Below are positions 30,188 through 41,097 of a DNA stretch of 64,000 bases, one piece after another. Each line of letters opens with the position of its first letter. The first letter of the stretch is position 1. Origin of the DNA: Dudresnaya verticillata (lineage: Eukaryota); the NCBI GenBank assembly GCA_977862235.1, contig OZ374563.1, forward strand, positions 1,612,001 through 1,676,000. Direction: 5' to 3'. The notes under the pieces were generated by a model. That model did no database searches, was not told the DNA's origin, and was given only the letters and a program-made list of their open reading frames with translations. The position numbers were made by a program, and so were the translations under genes.

Positions 30188-33100
30188 CTACTGCTGCTGC
30201 TGCTGCTGCTGCTCGACATTACTCTGCCCGGATAACATCTCGGGCTTGAATATTCCCGTCGGACCATCCGAGGAAGTCATCACAGCGGCTAGCGATGCCC
30301 CTTGGGCGTCAAGGCCATGTGGGCCACTCAGCTGTCCCGTCATGCCTCGTACTTGCGTGTTATGCCACTGCAAGCCACTGACGCCTGTCTCATCCTGCAC
30401 ACCCTGAAGGCCCAACACTCCAGGTACAGCAGCAGAGGCAAGAGCAGGAGTGATCCCCAACCCCATAGACGTCTCGCCGTATGTCGACGGATCGGGGGTA
30501 ACTGAGATCATCTGCGCCTTGGCACTGCTCTGGTCCACGGTTCCCGGCACTGGGTTTCCATGCTCTAGACCGTGCCCAGCTCTCGCGATTCCAGCGCTTA
30601 CCCCACTTACCACAGGATTTGGTCGAGTTTCCCGAACAACCCCCGCTTCCTGAAGCCCTGTGTTCGCACCCCACTGTTGACCCATGACCTCGTTTCCGAC
30701 AGTTTGACGCAGCTGCGAATACTGCGGATCATGCGGAGACACATATCCGCCGACATGTCCATGTCCGTGCGCAGTGTGAAGCATTGGAGTATGACCATGC
30801 AATTGTGCAGTTGTCGGAATCGTCGTGCCCGTTGCGTGCATTTGCTGATGCTGCCCCATCAAATGGTGTGGTTGAACCGGGTGTTCTACGTACACGTTTG
30901 TAGGAACCTGAGCTGGCATATGCATATGCTGGCTCATATACGCTTGCCCCTGAATCAGTTGCGCATTGGCGTGATGCACTTGTTCTTGTTGCAGCTGCAT
31001 GCCCCTTTGCGGCTGGTACAAATGTACGGGTTGATGCTGGTACGGAGGTGAGGCAAGAACTGGCAAATAGGCATGGTGGTGACTAACCGCAACCTGTCTT
31101 GGCACTGCCGGATTCGCCAAAATTGGACTTGCGCTGTGAGCATGGTGCATAGTCGGAACCTGGGGTGCGCCCAGCGGATGAAGAATACTGGTATTGATAT
31201 CATTCGCAGACGAGCTCCGGTTATCTGCCAAACTAGTGGTAGAAACCCTGCTCCGCAGAATGTTCACCTCTCTCTTCAGAGACTCGTTTTCGTTCACGAG
31301 TACCTGAATCGTATGCTGCAGCTCCGATAGCAAAGACATAGTTTGTCGGGCTGCTCCAGGCAAGGCCATTGCCACCACCTCGGGCTGCGGAGACATAACA
31401 GGCGTCACTTGGCGGGAACCATTAGTTGAGTTCCCAACTGAACCAGGCCCGATGCTAACAACAGGTGGCATTCCGTTTGCTAGTGGAACTGAGCGCGGCC
31501 TGTGATCCACATCCTTGACTTCAAATCGACTCCTTGGCCTTGGAGCAGGCGCGGCATTCATAGAGGCGGGTGGGAGGCTTGTCGCGCTCAAGTTACTCAT
31601 GCTTTCTGCAGAACTTGTCAGCGGCAGTGAAGAAGTAGACCCCATGGGTCGATTACTGCTAACAGGAACGTCCTTGACTTCAAACCGACTTTTTCGTTTT
31701 GGTATTGGAGTCGGAAGAGGTGGTGTCCCGTTTGGCGCACCGCTCATGACCTGTGGCATACCGCCAGTGCTGGCGGGCAGAGCTGCAGTGGCACTCCCAA
31801 CACTGGATATTACTACCGGTGCTGTCTGGGACGGACCTGCTGGAGGCGGCTTGGATGGCGTCACACTCGGCGGCCTTGGCGGAATACTTCTTACTGCAGG
31901 TATTACCGGTGCGGGTGTGACCCCGTGGTTTGCGGCTGAATGTCCCATGGTCGCGGTGGTTGTTCCTTGGTTGTTTGGAGTACTTGGCGGAACCATACCA
32001 TGACTAGTTGGAACAGTTCTGACTCCAGAAGACGCTGATGTAGCAGGAGTTCCACTTGAGGCTTGCACCGTATGGATCACCACCGGAGCCTGAACCTGAG
32101 CACCATGCTGTCGAGGAGGTTCGGGAGCCGCTGGAATAGCAGTTCGCGGATTTGTCTCGACATTAATCACCACAGGTGCCACACCACTGATGAACGTCCT
32201 GTCAAGGGCCTTACCTTTCCCGGCAGCTACTTGGGCATAGGAAACCGGGGCTCCAGCAGAAACACTCACGACACGCGGTTGCGTTGTCTTGATTTGCTTG
32301 AAGCTCCCTTCGCGGCCGCCAGACGTCCGAGGCTTTCCGGACGCCATACTCGGAGGCATCGAAGTGCTTGGAAGACTTGGCTGTCCTTCACGTCCGGTCA
32401 GCTTCTCCTCACTTCTGACCTGTGCTCCAGTCTTCGTTGGCTTAGTCTGATGGACTTCACCTGCGGTCGTCGCAGTGTTCACTCCACCTTGTGGCGCGTT
32501 TTGCTGCCGAACAGCTGCACCTGTCAAGCTCGCGTCAGCACTTCTTAGGGGTGCACTAGACACAGGGGCCCATCGCTGCATCTCTTGCGAAGCCCAGCTA
32601 CCTCGACTTGCCGAGCCTTGCGCAAGGGGGGCCTGGATATGCTCGACAGCTGTCGACGCTGCGGGAACTTCCGCATTGCTTGCTTGAGTAGGCGGGTTAA
32701 CATATGGGGGCTGATCCCGAGTGCCAGGCTTGCTGTCGTTCACGCTTTGTGGCAATGTCGACGACGGAATCGACGCCACTGATCGACCATCCTCAACTGG
32801 CGAGAGACCGTTCGTCGAGTTGTGGTCTGTTGATTCCGCAGTGTCCAGGAAGCTGTCGATTTTTCCGTCTAACTTCTCCGGATTGCGCACGTCTGACACG
32901 GTAAACCGTCCTTTCTTCAGTAGACCGACCGGCTTTGCAGGACCAGCACCAGGCATGCTTCCCGACGAGTTTGAAGTAATGCGACGCACTTGTTCTGTCC
33001 CATCGGTGGCCACTGCTGTTGGCTGATGCGGACGTGTGGCCGGCGCAGGAGCGGAAGCTGTGACCACGTGCGCTCTTGCGGCATCCGATGCTACTGGGAC

Positions 33101-34360
33101 CTGCGATAGAGCCGGTGTAGACGCACTAGCTTCCGGGTTCAGGCCCGCGTCAGGAGAGGCAAGAGGTATGCTCCTCACGCTCGAGATCTCTGCCGCGGAA
33201 CCACTGTCACTAGCAGCGGTCTGTACATTCGCATCGGGAGAAATACTTGCGGCCGAAGAGTTAGGAGCGCTTTCTTGCGGTGAAGCATTGCCATTGCTCT
33301 CGTGCACGACGTCGTTATCTGCAGAGAGGGGCGCGTTCTCTTCGTTGTCATTATCGCCAAAGTCCCAACCAAGTCCTTGGCGCTTTAGATCGTAAATACC
33401 GGACCGTTGTGGAGCGTTGGTCTTCTGCAGCTGTCGGATCAGCTGCTTCTGAGAACCACCCCGAGATCCAATCGGCGGGAGCTTGGCGATAGTATCTGCT
33501 AGAGTGTCAGGCTTCTTTGCCCCACCAGCAAATAGTGGATGTGATAGAAGCTGCTTCGCCGTTGGACGGTGCTTGGGATCCTTCTGCAAGCAGGTGGCGA
33601 CGAAGTCCTTGTAAGTCGCGGAATACTTGTCAGCAGATGAGGACAAAGTGGGCGATGGATTTTGTAGTGTCAAAAAAAGAATCTTCATGGGGGCGAAGTT
33701 GGTGTACGGGGCTCGACCGTCCGCCAGCTCGATTGCAGTAATTCCCAGTGACCATATATCTGCCTTGTAATCATAACCAGAAGACTGCTCCATAACCTCT
33801 GGAGCCATCCAACATGGGCTGCCAGTGAAAGTCTGCCGCTGTTTGCGATCCCAACCACCTTCCACCATCCAACCCATCATGCCGTAGTCGGACAGCATTG
33901 CGCTGCCATGCGAGTCTAGTAAAAGATTAGCAGCCTTGATGTCGCGATGAATCTGGCCATGGCCGTGAAAGTACTCCAAGGCATTGAGAACGCACCACAA
34001 GATATATACAGCGTGGTCCTCGGGTAGCCCGCTCGGAAAAGCGCAGGTCATAAGTGAAAGGACGGAACCACCAGTGAGCAGGGGCATTACAATCCATAGA
34101 TCTGAGGCCTGCACGAAGGCCGTGGAAAAAGGGACGACGTTGGGGTGAGACGACAGGCTCATGACCTGAATCTCTTTGCCGATGTCTTCAAGAGAGGCGT
34201 GTACGAGCTCGAGCTCGACAACCTTGACGGCGACCTCATCCTTGATTTCCTCGCACCACGCCCGATAGACTGCAGCGCAGGAGCCCTGCCCGATCTGCTC
34301 CCGAAGCTCATAGCCCGAGGCCGCGGCTGGAAGGCGTCGATGAGTGGACGAGGCGGCCAT
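30188..34360 (-). CDS. STE20-family (OSR1/SPAK/BLUS1-like) Ser/Thr kinase with long disordered C-terminus
   Basis: GQGSCAAV, VAVK, HRDIKAAN, DYG, R.TF.G.PCWMAPEVM, GYDYKADIWSLGITAIELA.G.APY and PMK.L.LTLQN motifs. Confidence 0.93.
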   Translation of the reverse strand: MAASSTHRRLPAAASGYELREQIGQGSCAAVYRAWCEEIKDEVAVKVVELELVHASLEDIGKEIQVMSLSSHPNVVPFSTAFVQASDLWIVMPLLTGGSVLSLMTCAFPSGLPEDHAVYILWCVLNALEYFHGHGQIHRDIKAANLLLDSHGSAMLSDYGMMGWMVEGGWDRKQRQTFTGSPCWMAPEVMEQSSGYDYKADIWSLGITAIELADGRAPYTNFAPMKILFLTLQNPSPTLSSSADKYSATYKDFVATCLQKDPKHRPTAKQLLSHPLFAGGAKKPDTLADTIAKLPPIGSRGGSQKQLIRQLQKTNAPQRSGIYDLKRQGLGWDFGDNDNEENAPLSADNDVVHESNGNASPQESAPNSSAASISPDANVQTAASDSGSAAEISSVRSIPLASPDAGLNPEASASTPALSQVPVASDAARAHVVTASAPAPATRPHQPTAVATDGTEQVRRITSNSSGSMPGAGPAKPVGLLKKGRFTVSDVRNPEKLDGKIDSFLDTAESTDHNSTNGLSPVEDGRSVASIPSSTLPQSVNDSKPGTRDQPPYVNPPTQASNAEVPAASTAVEHIQAPLAQGSASRGSWASQEMQRWAPVSSAPLRSADASLTGAAVRQQNAPQGGVNTATTAGEVHQTKPTKTGAQVRSEEKLTGREGQPSLPSTSMPPSMASGKPRTSGGREGSFKQIKTTQPRVVSVSAGAPVSYAQVAAGKGKALDRTFISGVAPVVINVETNPRTAIPAAPEPPRQHGAQVQAPVVIHTVQASSGTPATSASSGVRTVPTSHGMVPPSTPNNQGTTTATMGHSAANHGVTPAPVIPAVRSIPPRPPSVTPSKPPPAGPSQTAPVVISSVGSATAALPASTGGMPQVMSGAPNGTPPLPTPIPKRKSRFEVKDVPVSSNRPMGSTSSLPLTSSAESMSNLSATSLPPASMNAAPAPRPRSRFEVKDVDHRPRSVPLANGMPPVVSIGPGSVGNSTNGSRQVTPVMSPQPEVVAMALPGAARQTMSLLSELQHTIQVLVNENESLKREVNILRSRVSTTSLADNRSSSANDINTSILHPLGAPQVPTMHHAHSASPILANPAVPRQVAVSHHHAYLPVLASPPYQHQPVHLYQPQRGMQLQQEQVHHANAQLIQGQAYMSQHMHMPAQVPTNVYVEHPVQPHHLMGQHQQMHATGTTIPTTAQLHGHTPMLHTAHGHGHVGGYVSPHDPQYSQLRQTVGNEVMGQQWGANTGLQEAGVVRETRPNPVVSGVSAGIARAGHGLEHGNPVPGTVDQSSAKAQMISVTPDPSTYGETSMGLGITPALASAAVPGVLGLQGVQDETGVSGLQWHNTQVRGMTGQLSGPHGLDAQGASLAAVMTSSDGPTGIFKPEMLSGQSNVEQQQQQQQ

Positions 34361-34879
34361 GCGAGGGCAGGTAGGACGGAGAAAAGTTCGCGCAGGCTCC
34401 GGAACGGAGAAGGTGGGGACGGGAAAGATGGGTGGCGGTGGACGAGTCCGTGGTGGACGCCCACCGGGGAGTCAGAAGGAGAGATTGTTATAGCGACGAT
34501 GCACTGGGAGGGTTGTTGAGGTGGGTGAAATCATGGAACCTGTTCAGCGCGGTTGGAGGCGGCCGTATCCTACCTACAGGGCGGTCGAAGCGAAAAAGGC
34601 ACAAGACTTTCTGTTTCCGATTCGACCACCAAATTGGTAATGCTTCTTTGCAATTAAAAATGGTGCCATCCGCTCCAACATTTTTCGAAAATCAAGCTTT
34701 TGCCGTTCTGTTCCAAGTGGATCCGTACGCCTTACAGCTACGGCCCTGGCATCTCCTTTTTCTTCTTGTCCAGTCTTTCCGCTCCCAAGCGCGTTAACTC
34801 CTTCAAGTCAACCGCTACAGCCTGCGCACACACTCCGAACCCCTATCCAGCTGCTCTGTCATCACGACATTCGCCGAAC

Positions 34880-35212
34880 ATGCTCCGCTTTGCGGCTAAT
34901 CCTTCGCTTAGGGCGTTCGCGCGAGCAGTGGGGGGCACCGCCACGCCACGCCCACGCTTGCACCAACCGCTGGGCTCTGTCCCGGCGGGAACCGACCCAG
35001 CTGCAGTCCGATCGAAATGGGGCTCCGACGCTATGGAGAAGATCCAGCAAACTGATGTTATTGAAGTCGACGGAAACGTTGCAATCTGTAATGGTGGTGG
35101 CGGCGCCCTAGGACACCCCGTTGAGTACATCAAACTCCTCGTCTCAGATGAAGACGCTGGTCCACAGGTCTGCAAGTACTGTGGATTGAAGTATGTGCGC
35201 AAGCGACGCTGA
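34880..35212 (+). CDS. NDUFS6: Complex I 13-kDa subunit (zf-CHCC)
   Basis: Presequence-like start, then ICNGGGGALGHPVEYIKL...CKYCGLKY. Confidence 0.92.
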   Translation: MLRFAANPSLRAFARAVGGTATPRPRLHQPLGSVPAGTDPAAVRSKWGSDAMEKIQQTDVIEVDGNVAICNGGGGALGHPVEYIKLLVSDEDAGPQVCKYCGLKYVRKRR

Positions 35213-35608
35213 AACTTCGTCGGTTCCTCAGAATTTCGTCCTGATCCAACTGGTCTTTGAACAGTTCAGCAATGCCCGCTCATGCGTCGAGCCGGGCCCG
35301 TGCATGCGGCGGCACCAAAACGTATCGCTTCAGTTTTTCTGTCATCTTGCATGGTGTGTGCATCGGTTAGCATCACAACAGTAGCGTCCGCTCGCTCCGA
35401 ACCTTTATTTCTGTCGGCCAACGAATCGCCTCGCACCGACGTTGGTTGACCCTGGCAGAAGGCGGACCCGCCAAAACTGACTCATGACCGGCAAGTAAAG
35501 GAAAATCACTTTTTTGAACCCGTTCCGATCTCTTGGGTGTCAGAAGCCCGACCTGCTCGCGTGGCGATCCCTGCACTCCTTCGCCACCTTCCGCTGTGTC
35601 TTGTCAGG

Positions 35609-35896
35609 ATGTCCAGCAAAGAGCTCTCGAACCTTGCAGAGCGAAATCAAGATGTCGCAAGACTAAGGACCGCTGTCGCACAGATGGAGCGCGATGTCAT
35701 TCGACTGGAGGCATTGGTCTCTGCGCTTGGCGATGAAGCCATAGTCATGCCAGAAGACCTGGCGACTGCTGCGGCGACCGGCACGGAGTCCAGTCACCGC
35801 GTTCAGGGCCTAGTGGTACGCATTCAACAGACGCATCGTCTCTCCGCAGCAGTCGCCAAACTACGGCGCGCCGAAAGCGTCTCTAGAAACGGTTAG
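35609..35896 (+). CDS. Small hypothetical coiled-coil protein
   Basis: 95 aa helical/heptad-like ORF ending 4 bp from the RPN13 stop. The ATG follows TTGTCAG, a possible acceptor. No family recognised. Confidence 0.35.
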   Translation: MSSKELSNLAERNQDVARLRTAVAQMERDVIRLEALVSALGDEAIVMPEDLATAAATGTESSHRVQGLVVRIQQTHRLSAAVAKLRRAESVSRNG

Positions 35897-35900
35897 TGTT

Positions 35901-37130
35901 TTATTTTCGAGACTCCTTCGACTGCTTCTCCAGCTCTCGCAACGCCTCCATGAACGCACGCAATCCGTACATCTCAGTTGTTGGTGCATTTGGAAGCTCA
36001 AATGATCGAATAAGCTCACTCGCCTGGCCAGACTGGAGAGCGTGGCTGAGGGCCGCAGCCTGGGACCGCAAGGGCGGGCTTCGGAGTAGCTCCGAGATGC
36101 GGTCAACGGACTGGTCTTGCTCGGGCAGATGTTGCAGTAGAGCCGGGAGATGCGCCTGCACCTGTGGGTCTTGGAGCACGGTTCGGAGAGCTTCTAGGTT
36201 GAGGAGATCTGTCACCGATGGAGTGGTCAGAACCTGCTCACGCTGGGCTTGCGCAAGAGCCATTCGAAGCGCGTTCTCGGGGTCTGCCACGCTCCCGCCA
36301 GCAGCAGCATTTCCAGCACCAGTAGATCCTCGGCCGGACGGCAACGCCGCTCGCATCTGCTCGAGCGTTATCGGTGTTCCGCGGGCAAGAGGGGCCGGGG
36401 CTGTTGGGGCTGGCGATTCAGCAGCCTGCGGCGTGGAAGGTTGGGGTGCCATCACGACGTCGGGATTGGATGAGCTGGAGGCTTCTTCGTTTGGTTCCGG
36501 TGAGTCCGTGCTACGGACAGCCTATTCAAGTAGAGCGAGGCAGTTGCCAAGAGCAGGTAGATAGGTGCGAAGGAGATAACATGCAGATTGATTAGTCAAA
36601 GAAATGAGCAGTTTACTGTCACGGATGCAGTTGCCGCAGGTGTTAGCACAGGGAAACAGAAGCGCGCAGAGAAGCGACAGCGGGAAAGAGTGAAGAGGTG
36701 TGCGTACCTGCTGATTGTCAACACCATTCTCAAGAATGGAGTTGACCTGAGCAATATGAGCCTCATCCGCGGAGGGGTCCTTCTCCTGCATCCAAAAGAA
36801 CATGCGTTTGTCGGCACCCTTCCACTTGAGCACGTAGACACGAGCAGTGGCGGCGCAGCTGGTGACCTTCTTCATCTCAGTCTCTCCGCTAAACAGAATG
36901 AGGTCCTGATCTGCAGTAGGTTGGTTCCGCGGGCGCCATTGCAGATGCATGAGTTGGTCCTCTGGAGATGTAATAATCTGGAAGATGCCTTTACGCTCAT
37001 CCGCGGTGACAAGATTAGTCGTCGTGTCGCGATTCAATATTCCCGCCTTGAACGACACGTGAGCGGATGGGCGCCCGCTCAGTACGCTACCCAGGCCGCT
37101 ATCAGCAGGAAACAAGCTGGACATATCCAT
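35901..37130 (-). CDS. RPN13: Proteasome ubiquitin receptor RPN13/ADRM1; exons 37130-36708 and 36521-35901
   Basis: PRU domain (FKAG, VTAD.RKG, RVYVLK, FFWMQE). A 186-bp GTACGC...GACTAAT...TAG intron joins in frame to a DEUBAD-like C-terminus (L.HLPE, LRSP, AL.SG). Confidence 0.92.
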
Positions 37131-38083
37131 CTTGGGGAGGTCCTTGGCGTCTCGGACGCTTTCAAGAGAAGGAGAGCGTACGATATCGGTGTTGCCAAGA
37201 CGATTTGAGGGCACAGTTGAGGATATCGTCGTGCAAGCGAACAAAATGTGCACTGCGCGGCGAGTGCGGGCGGAAGCAGGTGCTACGACAGCAGATGTGA
37301 ATTTCGAACTAACCGCAGTAGTGCCTCGCCGGCTGGCTATGTGTATTGATCCTCACTTTCTCCTGAACGACTGCGGCTGGAATCTCGCGACTGTAATGCC
37401 GACGATGGAAGCTCATTACAGTTCGCATCGGGCGTCGACAAAGGAAATAATGGGATGGGATTAGCTCAATTTCATGACGATGATCCAAAGAGAGCGACGA
37501 CATTCGGATCCACAGCAAACGGGAATGGGATCAGTGGTGGGGAGTCGTGGAGATTGCACGTGGAACAGCCTCGACCATTGTCTGCTGGAAAATGTGCCAA
37601 GTGTCATGCAACCATGGGCAGATGGACAGAAATACCGGAAAATATCGCCGTCGCTTCGCGGAAAGATCTAGCGGTTCAGTCGACAGGGCGGCATTGTCGT
37701 ATGCTGTCGATCGGTCAACCGGCGGTTTTCGCATGGAACGGTACGTGTGGGAGTCATGCCCCTGCCGCAAAATCTGCTGCAGGTCCCAGGAGGAGGTTCA
37801 CCGAGCTCACAGGTGCGCCCAAGCGGATACCCGGCGCTCGCTGGTGCGAGGGCGAGACCCAAGATACGCCGCCCGCGTATCTCGTACTTCGTTACCGATT
37901 ACCCTGCCCCTCGCCATTGGCTTGTCTCTGTGGAGCGAACTCCAACTAGCGAAGTACATAACTCCCTTTCCCCCTGCACTCTGTACTTGCCTCCCTCCCT
38001 CCGTTAAACCCGCACCCAAACCCACCACCCCACCACCTACTTCCCGCCCGCCCTCCCCACCTCCCCCCCACCCTTACTCAACA

Positions 38084-38743
38084 ATGGTTTCCGCTGCTTT
38101 CGTTACTGGTCTCGCCCTGGGCGCCCGCCCCACCTCCCGCTCGCAGATTTGCGGCGCCCGCCTCTCCGGCGCACCGGCCGCCGCCCGTGCCACCGTCACC
38201 ATGGCTGAGGTGTCTGAGTCTGTTCCGTTCCTGCCGAAGCCGGAGAACCTGAGCTCAGGCATGGTCGGCTACGCTGGCTTTGACCCGCTCGGCTTCTCCG
38301 ATGCAATGGACATCAAGTGGTTGCAAGAGGCAGAGATCAAGCACGGCCGTGTTTGCATGCTCGCGTTCGCTGGCATGCTCGCTCAGGAGTTCCTCCACCT
38401 GCCGAATGAGGCCTATGCCAACCCGGTTGCCACCGAGGCCTTCTACCAGGTGCCAACTGGCGCTCTCTGGCAGATTTTCCTGTTCTGTGGTATCGCTGAG
38501 CTGGTGCTCCACAAGGGCAAGATCTCGTACCTGGACATGTTCGATGACCCGTCTACCAAGCCAGGGTTCCTGGGCTTCAACCCGATGAACATGAACATCA
38601 CTGAGAAGTCGCAACTTCAAGAGATCAAGAACGGCCGTCTGGCCATGTGCGGTGTGGGTGGTGTGATCCACTCTATGTTTATCTACAAGATGCCCATCAT
38701 TGCCCAGCTGCTCGACTTCAAGCCGATGGCTCTCAACTTGTAA
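38084..38743 (+). CDS. Light-harvesting chlorophyll a-binding protein (red-algal Lhcr type)
   Basis: Transit peptide MVSAAFV..., GFDPLGF, EAEIKHGRVCMLA, GFNP and EIKNGRLAM motifs. Confidence 0.95.
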   Translation: MVSAAFVTGLALGARPTSRSQICGARLSGAPAAARATVTMAEVSESVPFLPKPENLSSGMVGYAGFDPLGFSDAMDIKWLQEAEIKHGRVCMLAFAGMLAQEFLHLPNEAYANPVATEAFYQVPTGALWQIFLFCGIAELVLHKGKISYLDMFDDPSTKPGFLGFNPMNMNITEKSQLQEIKNGRLAMCGVGGVIHSMFIYKMPIIAQLLDFKPMALNL

Positions 38744-39477
38744 TGTTCATCGTCTAACGCTTATCGCTTGCCTTCATGTTTTTTGTCGATGTGACGTAGT
38801 CGCTTAAGCCCTGTAGAGGAAACTCTAGGGTGTCAGATCAGTAAAGCCTCTCGCCTTCACTGCAACATCCAACTCGGTAGTTCACATCTTGCTTTATAGA
38901 GTCGAAACACGAATGTGCGAAGCACGTGGGGGCACCCGTCAAAAGGAGGTCCCTGCTCTTGCGCATCGCGTGAAATTGAAACAAGAAGTTCACGTGCTGG
39001 TGTCGTCCGACAGAATAGGGCGACAATGCAAGGATCCTGCGGATAGCGCATGGATGGTTGTGGAGCTTCGATCATGGAATGTTTCTCGCCTTGCTGCAGC
39101 GACTCCCGGATGGTGGAACGAGCGTCCCGGCAAACCTGCTCGACAGAGAGGAATAGCACACGAGCGCCGCAATTGCAATTTCAGAAACTCAATTTTTACG
39201 AAATTCGCAGAGCACCAACAGACCTGAACCAGTGCCGTGCGACAACGTTGAACGGCGCCAAACGGCCGTGCCAGCGCACTGCCCTTGCCACACTCACACG
39301 CCTCTCTCTCTTGCCGTGCCTCCACCACCGCTCTCGTCATAAAAAAAACCTTTCCCCTCCAGCGGCCCGCAACAGCTCTCGGACCACATACCCGCCCTCC
39401 CGCCTCCCCCGCCCTCCCTTTGCACCCATCCCGTTCGTCGCGCGCACGATCGGCCCCGGCGCGCGCGGCACCCCACC

Positions 39478-39969
39478 ATGAGCGGCGTGCCGTCGGGCTC
39501 GCGCCGCAGGGAGCTCACACGCGTCGCACAGCGACGCCTCACCCGCGAGCTGGCCGAGTGGTCCGTCAAGAACCCCCCAGTCCCGGGCATGTCTGTCGCC
39601 GAGACCGACCGCGTCGATGAGTGGCTCGTTACTGTCACCGGCGCTGCTGGGAGCGTGTACGAGGATGAGCGCTACACCCTTCGCTTCGTCTTCCCGTCTG
39701 ACTACCCCATGGAGGCCCCCGAAGTCATCTTCCTCTCTCCTACCCCGCGTCACCCACATGTCTACTCCAATGGACATATCTGTCTCAACGTCTTGTATGA
39801 TGGCTGGAGCCCAGCGTTGACCGTGACCTCAGTTTGTCTGAGTATCGTCAGCATGCTGAGCAGCGCGACCAAGAAGGGGGTCCCGCCGGACAACGACACT
39901 TATATTCGCAACTGCCAAGGACGGTCGCCAAAACAAACAAGGTGGATGTTTCATGACGACCATGTGTAG
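39478..39969 (+). CDS. UBE2W: Ubiquitin-conjugating enzyme E2 W-like
   Basis: HPHVYSNGHICL active site, WSPALTV.SVC.SI.SML and C-terminal PK.TRW.FHDD.V. Confidence 0.92.
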   Translation: MSGVPSGSRRRELTRVAQRRLTRELAEWSVKNPPVPGMSVAETDRVDEWLVTVTGAAGSVYEDERYTLRFVFPSDYPMEAPEVIFLSPTPRHPHVYSNGHICLNVLYDGWSPALTVTSVCLSIVSMLSSATKKGVPPDNDTYIRNCQGRSPKQTRWMFHDDHV

Positions 39970-40574
39970 CGCGCCCGCTTTCCAGTCTCCGTCGTTCTTT
40001 ATACAGCAATCATTTGCATGTGTCTTTGCCAACAGCATGGGAAAGTCCGGTACCCAAACATATGCGCGCGATGCAAGCAAGTACAAGTCACGCCGTTGCT
40101 TTAATTCGCTCCAGGGTTGCAACGTACTTGTCTATATCTTTCTCATCGTTGAATGCACTGTTTTTGTCATGCAGACCTCGTGTTTCGCCACCATGTCGCA
40201 ATCAACGTTTTGCAGGCAAGCAGTTCGTTGCGCTTGGGAAGTCTCGTTTAACATTTGACCGCTCCCTCTTCATTCTGCCTACTTTCGAATCAAGTGCTCA
40301 AGTGCTCCTTGCTATTCGACCCGAACTTTTCACCTCATCGTCAAGCCTTTTCGTTTGGATAGGTAAAGGCCATGCGTTGTTTGGAGATGAAGAAGGGTAC
40401 TAACTAGAGAACAGCAACCGATGTCCACCAGGCCTCGCTCGAACACCAATAAAGGTCCTCGTCGACAGAAACCCTGACTTTTTTTTCAACTCAGTACGCC
40501 CTTCTGAACATGCATTGGTAGTGAGCTTTCTGCCAGGGCCATATGCTCACTTCCATTCTTTCCGTTGCACGTGG

Positions 40575-40655
40575 GTTCAAAACTGTTGGTCCGCGTTGCC
40601 CATGCGTTCAAAACTGTTGGTCCGCGTTGCCCATGCGTTCAAAACTGTTGGTCCG
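40575..40655 (+). repeat. 31-bp tandem repeat GTTCAAAACTGTTGGTCCGCGTTGCCCATGC x~2.6
   Basis: Exact head-to-tail copies at 40575, 40606 and 40637, with no spacers. Confidence 0.9.
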
Positions 40656-41097
40656 TGATTAGAGGAAATCCTTGCAGGCCAAACCGCCAAACCCAAGTGC
40701 GTCTTTTTGCATTCAAGGCATCAAGTTCCATTCTAATATCGCTCTTCTTACACACACTCCTTATCGGACAGAATATTACCCGACTGTGTTTACCACACAA
40801 TGTGATTGCGACTAACATGTCGCAATGCTACCCATGTGCCCAATGCCAAGTTGCTCCCCACGACACGTAAAGTACAACTTCGTCAGACCCAGGTTCACGT
40901 ACGACTCTGCCGCTTGGCGCTTTTAAAACCTGTTATCATAGGTCCCAACGGAAATCGAATCCTTCGTTAACAAAGATGCTCTATCAAGACTGTGAAAGCC
41001 ATTAGAGCTGGGGTTACGCTGTCTGAGAACCTCCCAAGCTACCAATTGCCCAACATAACCCCCTTGTTGTAGCGGAGAACCGAAAGGCATATCGTGG

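Noticed and set aside
33880..33895. DYG instead of DFG as a sign of a pseudokinase
   Set aside because: The catalytic Asp, VAVK lysine and HRD are intact; DYG is a tolerated variant.
853..39969. Apparent proteostasis cluster (CCT1, HYPK, GID4, RPN13, UBE2W)
   Set aside because: The genes are interspersed with unrelated ones and belong to a large functional class. No shared regulatory signal was seen, so this is probably chance.
40575..40655. 31-bp repeats starting with GTT as a CRISPR array
   Set aside because: The units are head-to-tail with no unique spacers, there are no cas genes, and the context is eukaryotic.
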